Assembly (NCBI GenBank): GCA_026770705.1
Contig: JANJGN010000021.1
Span: 117,986,001-118,050,000 of the forward strand
Reading direction: 5' to 3'
DNA length: 64,000 nt
DNA from: Isurus oxyrinchus
Lineage: Eukaryota
The position numbers were made by a program, and so were the translations under genes. Below, one piece after another: positions 60,701 through 64,000 of this stretch. Within the stretch, counting starts at the first letter, position 1; each line of letters begins with the position of its first letter. The notes under the pieces are model-generated. The model was not told the origin of the DNA. It was given only the letters and a program-made list of their open reading frames with translations, and did no database searches.

Positions 60701-62619
60701 GACAGCACATCCATAATAGAGGGAATATCCTGGGGAACAGAGGGATGGGAATGTCCCTATGTGTGGGGTGTGTGGGGGAGGGGAATGTCCCTATGTGTGG
60801 GGGAGGGGAATGTCCCTATGTGTGGGGGAAGGGAATGTCCCTATGTGTGGGGTGTGTGGGGGAGGGGAATGTCCCTATGTGCGGGGTGTGTGGGGGAGGG
60901 GAATGTCCCTGTGTGTGGGGTGTGTGGGGGAGGGGAATGTCCCTGTGTGTGGGGTGTGTGGGGGAGGGGAATGTCCCTGTGTGTGGGGGAGGAGAATGTC
61001 CCTATGTGTGGGGTGTATGGGGGAGGGGAATGTCCCTGTGTGTGGGGGAGGGGAATGTCCCTGTGTGTGGGGGAGGAGAATGTCCCTGTGTGTGGGGGAG
61101 GGGAATGTCCCTATGTGTGGGGTGTGTGGGGGAGGGGAACGTCCCTATGTGTGGGGGAGGGGAATGTCCCTGTGTGTGGGGTGTGTGGGGGAGGGGAATG
61201 TCCCTATGTGTGGGGTGTGTGGAGGAGGGGAATGTCCCTATGTGTGGGGGAGGGGAACGTCCCTGTGTGTGGGGGAGGAGAATGTCCCTGTGTGTGGGGG
61301 AGGGGAATGTCCCTATGTGTGGGGTGTGTGGGGGAGGGGAACGTCCCTATGTGTGGGGGAGGGGAATGTCCCTGTGTGTGGGGTGTGTGGGGGAGGGGAA
61401 TGTCCCTATGTGTGGGGTGTGTGGAGGAGGGGAATGTCCCTATGTGTGGGGGAGGGGAACGTCCCTATGTGTGGGGGAGGGGAATGTCCCTGTGTGTGGG
61501 GTGTGTGGGGGAGGGGAATGTCCCTGTGTGTGGGGTGTGTGGGGGGGGGAATGTCCCTATGTGTGGGGTGTGTGGGGGAGGAGAATGTCCCTGTGTGTGG
61601 GGTGTGTGGGGGAGGGGAACGTCCCTGTGGGTAGTGGGTGTATATGGGAGGGGAATGTTCTGAATAGATGGAATGGGATTTGGAAGGACTGAAAGTTCCC
61701 TTTGGGTGTTCCGCTTTAGGATGGAGTCCTTTAATTCTGCGACACCGGGGATCAATGAGAATGGTCCTTATTCTTGGTGTGCTTATAGATCTGGGAAGTG
61801 ATTAGCAGTGTGGATAGGAGATGGAGAGGGAGACGGAGAGGGAGAAAGAGCAAGTCGGAGAGGGAGAAAGAGAGGGATAAAGGGGGACAGAGATGGCGAG
61901 AGGGGACAGAGTTGTGGAGGGGGGACAGAAAGCAGACAGAGAGGGAGATGGAGATGGAAAGGGAGACAGAGGGCGAGCGGGACAGGGAGGGACAGCAGGA
62001 CAGAGAGGGATATGGAGATGTAGGGGTGAAAGAGAAGGAAAGGAAGAGGGAAGGCTTGACGTTTGGATTCCCACAGACCCTTCACAGGGTCTGCAGGTGG
62101 TTAGTATGAAGACAGAGCACTCCTTGTGAGGTCTGAGGGGCACAGAGAAATACTTGCTGGGTCCAGGGGGAGGGGGGAGGGCAGAGTCCAGGTCGTAGGA
62201 CATCATTGCTGCATTCAGACGTGGGTGGATAAAAGTCCAAGCCTATTCAGGTTCCACTATTACCTCGACTTGCCCCATCCAGCCCAACGCCCCAGGGGAT
62301 TCACTGTGAACACCCTCTAAACTAATCATCAGGAGCACATTGGACACTTGTCAGTCAATGTCACCAATAAAGATCTTCAGTTGCCTGGTGTGGACACCAG
62401 TTCATGTGCGGAGAGGATACAGGCAGTAAGTAACCCCCAGAAGCTGATGAACAGGGGGATCAGTTACTGGAGAACCCATACTCACCATTATATCTCTGGG
62501 ATATGGGGGATTGGTGAAAAATCTTCTGGGAAGCACCAAATATACATTTGTTGCTTTGAGCTCCCCATTGATGTCCATGTAGGTGGTGATGAGAGGGGCA
62601 GTTCTCTCAATCTGTATTC
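54680..62619 (-). CDS. SOUL/HEBP family heme-binding protein (HEBP2-like), 3' part: exons 62486-62619, 60252-60409, 54680-54770; 5' exons lie beyond the window
   Basis: Spliced peptide GIQIERTAPLIT...NVYLVLPRRFFTNPPYPRDIM|LFLRRMPPMTIFVKSFGGW...RFYSAEYNG|PLTLFNRHNEIWYLSLGPPRCTARNRQLR* carries SOUL motifs (TAP, PPxP, FGGW, Y-x-x-P, NRHNEIW); GT-AG introns in phases 0 and 2. Confidence 0.88.
55340..55845. repeat. 37-bp minisatellite (TAGGGCTATCTGTACCTTCACCCCACCCCACCCCCAC), first array
   Basis: Tandem repeats inside the inserted Penelope-like pLTR. Confidence 0.95.
56325..58290. repeat. 37-bp minisatellite with the same unit, second array
   Basis: Tandem repeats inside the host Penelope-like pLTR, with 32/37-bp variants. 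Confidence 0.95.
59055..60253 (-). repeat. 27-bp minisatellite (GGGTATGGGGACATAGATCGGGGTACA), about 44 copies, starting at the SOUL exon donor
   Basis: Tandem 27-mers that read (GYGDIDRGT)n in the SOUL frame. Confidence 0.97.
60252..60409 (-). CDS. SOUL/HEBP2-like penultimate exon (LFLRRMPPMTIFVKSFGGW...YSAEYNG)
   Basis: Acceptor ttttccgttacag|TTA, donor GG|gtatgg, 158 nt. Confidence 0.88.
60745..61660. repeat. 25/35-bp G-rich minisatellite (GGGGAATGTCCCTATGTGTGGGG[TGTGTGGGGG]AG) in a SOUL intron
   Basis: Tandem repeats with two interspersed unit lengths. Confidence 0.93.
62486..62619 (-). CDS. SOUL/HEBP2-like internal exon (GIQIERTAP...PPYPRDIM)
   Basis: Acceptor cttcctgtttctgcag|GA, donor ATG|gtgagt, 134 nt. 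Confidence 0.88.
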
Positions 62620-62784
62620 CTGCAGAAACAGGAAGAAAAGTTATCAGCTCCATGTAAACTAGCTCCATGTGGACCCCAGCAGACCCAGCCACAAAGAGAT
62701 AGAATTAGGACGTTTTAAACTGTTTGCATCTTGTTTGTAAAGAGAATACTACCAAAAAAATCCACTCATTTGGCTTAGTTTGTT

Positions 62785-63265
62785 GTGGAGAGATGGTAGT
62801 GTGGTGGTAATGTCACTGGGCTAGTAATCCAGAGGCCCAGGCTCTGGGGACATGGGTTCAAATCCCAGCACGGCAGCAGATGGAATTTAAATTCACTTAA
62901 TAAATCTGGAATTGAAAGCTAGTCTTAGTAATGGACCATGAAGCTATCACTGATCGTCATAAATACCCATTGTGTTCACTAATGTTCTTCAGGGCCATAT
63001 CCCTGGTCTGGTCTGGCCTATATATGAATCCAGATCCACAGCAATGTGGTTGACTCTTAACTGTCCTCTGAAATGGCTGAACAAGTCACTCAGTTGTATC
63101 AAAGCACCACAGATTTCCCTCCCTAACAGCAGTGTGGGTGTACCTACACCCGATAAACTGCAGCAGTTCAAGAAGGCAGCTCACCACTGCCTTCTCAGGG
63201 GAGATTAGGGATGGGTAAGAAATGCTGGCCCACCCAGAGATGGCCACAAGCCATGAAAGAATAGA
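62785..63265 (+). mobile_element. Shark tRNA-derived SINE (HE1-like) with LINE-derived 3' tail
   Basis: A/B-box-like TGGTAGTGTGGTGG...GGGTTCAAATCCC; the tail CCCTAACAGCAGTGTGGGTGTACCTACACC...TTCAAGAAGGCAGCTCACCAC is shared with the HER1-like LINE. Confidence 0.75.
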
Positions 63266-63284
63266 TTATTTGGTTTAGGAACAT

Positions 63285-64000
63285 TGGAATTAGGAGCAGG
63301 AGTAGGCCATTCAGCCCCTCGAGCCTGCTCCGCTGTTCAATAAGATCACGGCTGATCATCTACCTCAATACCACATTATTCCCATAACCTTCGATATCTT
63401 TACTATCCAGAGATCTATTGATCTCTGTCATGAACATACTCAATGACTGAGCTTCTACAGCCCCCTGGGGTAGAGAATTCCAAAGATTTTTCCTCATCTC
63501 AGTTTTGAATGGCCTACCCCTTATTCTGAGACTCTGCAACATGCTTCCTGCATCTACCCTGTCACGGCCTATAAGAATTCTGTATGTTTCAATCAGATCT
63601 CCTCTCATTCTTCTAAACTCTAGAAAATACAGGCTCAGTCTCCTCAATCTCTTCTCCTAGGACAATCTCACCATCCCAGGAATCAATCAGGTGAACCTTT
63701 GTTACACTCCCTCTGTGGCAAAGTAAGTAGATCAAAACTGTACACAGTACACCAGGTGTGGTCTCACCAAGGCCCTGTACAACTGCCTCTCTATTCATCT
63801 CTACTCCTGTACTCAAATCCTCTTGCAATAAAGGCGAACATACCATTTGCCTTCCTAATTGCTTGCTGTACTTGCATGTTAGTTTTAAGTGACTTATGAA
63901 CAATAACACCCAGGTCCCTTTTGGACATCAACACATCCCAATCTCCCACACTTAAGAAGTACTCTGCATTTGTTTTTCCTACCAAAGCGGATGCTTCACA
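63285..64000 (-). mobile_element. CR1 LINE 3' fragment, degenerate, runs off the right edge
   Basis: KRDLGVIVHKSLK...QQAIRKANGMFAFIARGFEY...[14 protein letters not shown]. Confidence 0.9.

Noticed and set aside
60616-61692. Cys/Gly-rich ORFs resembling keratin-associated or metallothionein-like proteins
   Set aside because: Translations of the 25/35-bp minisatellite, open in all frames and antisense to the SOUL gene.

Overview
Eukaryotic genomic DNA, most likely from a shark or other cartilaginous fish (inferred from the CR1, Penelope-like and SINE repeat content and from the protein sequences). The window holds a complete 8-exon tapasin (TAPBP) gene on the minus strand (ATG 48840 to stop 15614, 457 aa). 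All seven introns are GT-AG and in phase, the transmembrane Lys and a KxKxx ER-retrieval end are present, and an overlapping ISRE/GAS module lies about 120-140 bp upstream of the ATG. Upstream on the same strand are the last three coding exons of a SOUL/HEBP2-like heme-binding protein gene. The rest is very repeat-dense: a 34-bp satellite of more than 15 kb with higher-order structure, about ten minisatellites (several grown out of retroelement sequence), many CR1/L2 LINE fragments, SINEs, and Penelope-like remnants with palindromic ends and hammerhead-ribozyme-like motifs. Almost all long ORFs in the supplied track are repeat artefacts. Main observations: (1) a 27-bp minisatellite that is an in-frame tandem amplification of a SOUL 5' splice site; (2) RSS-heptamer-bearing satellite DNA abutting the tapasin 3' end; (3) a TAPBPR-length editing loop and loss of Cys95 in this tapasin; (4) an inverted pair of VNTR-carrying LINEs bracketing the tapasin promoter and exons 1-3; (5) hammerhead-like inverted ends of Penelope-like elements.
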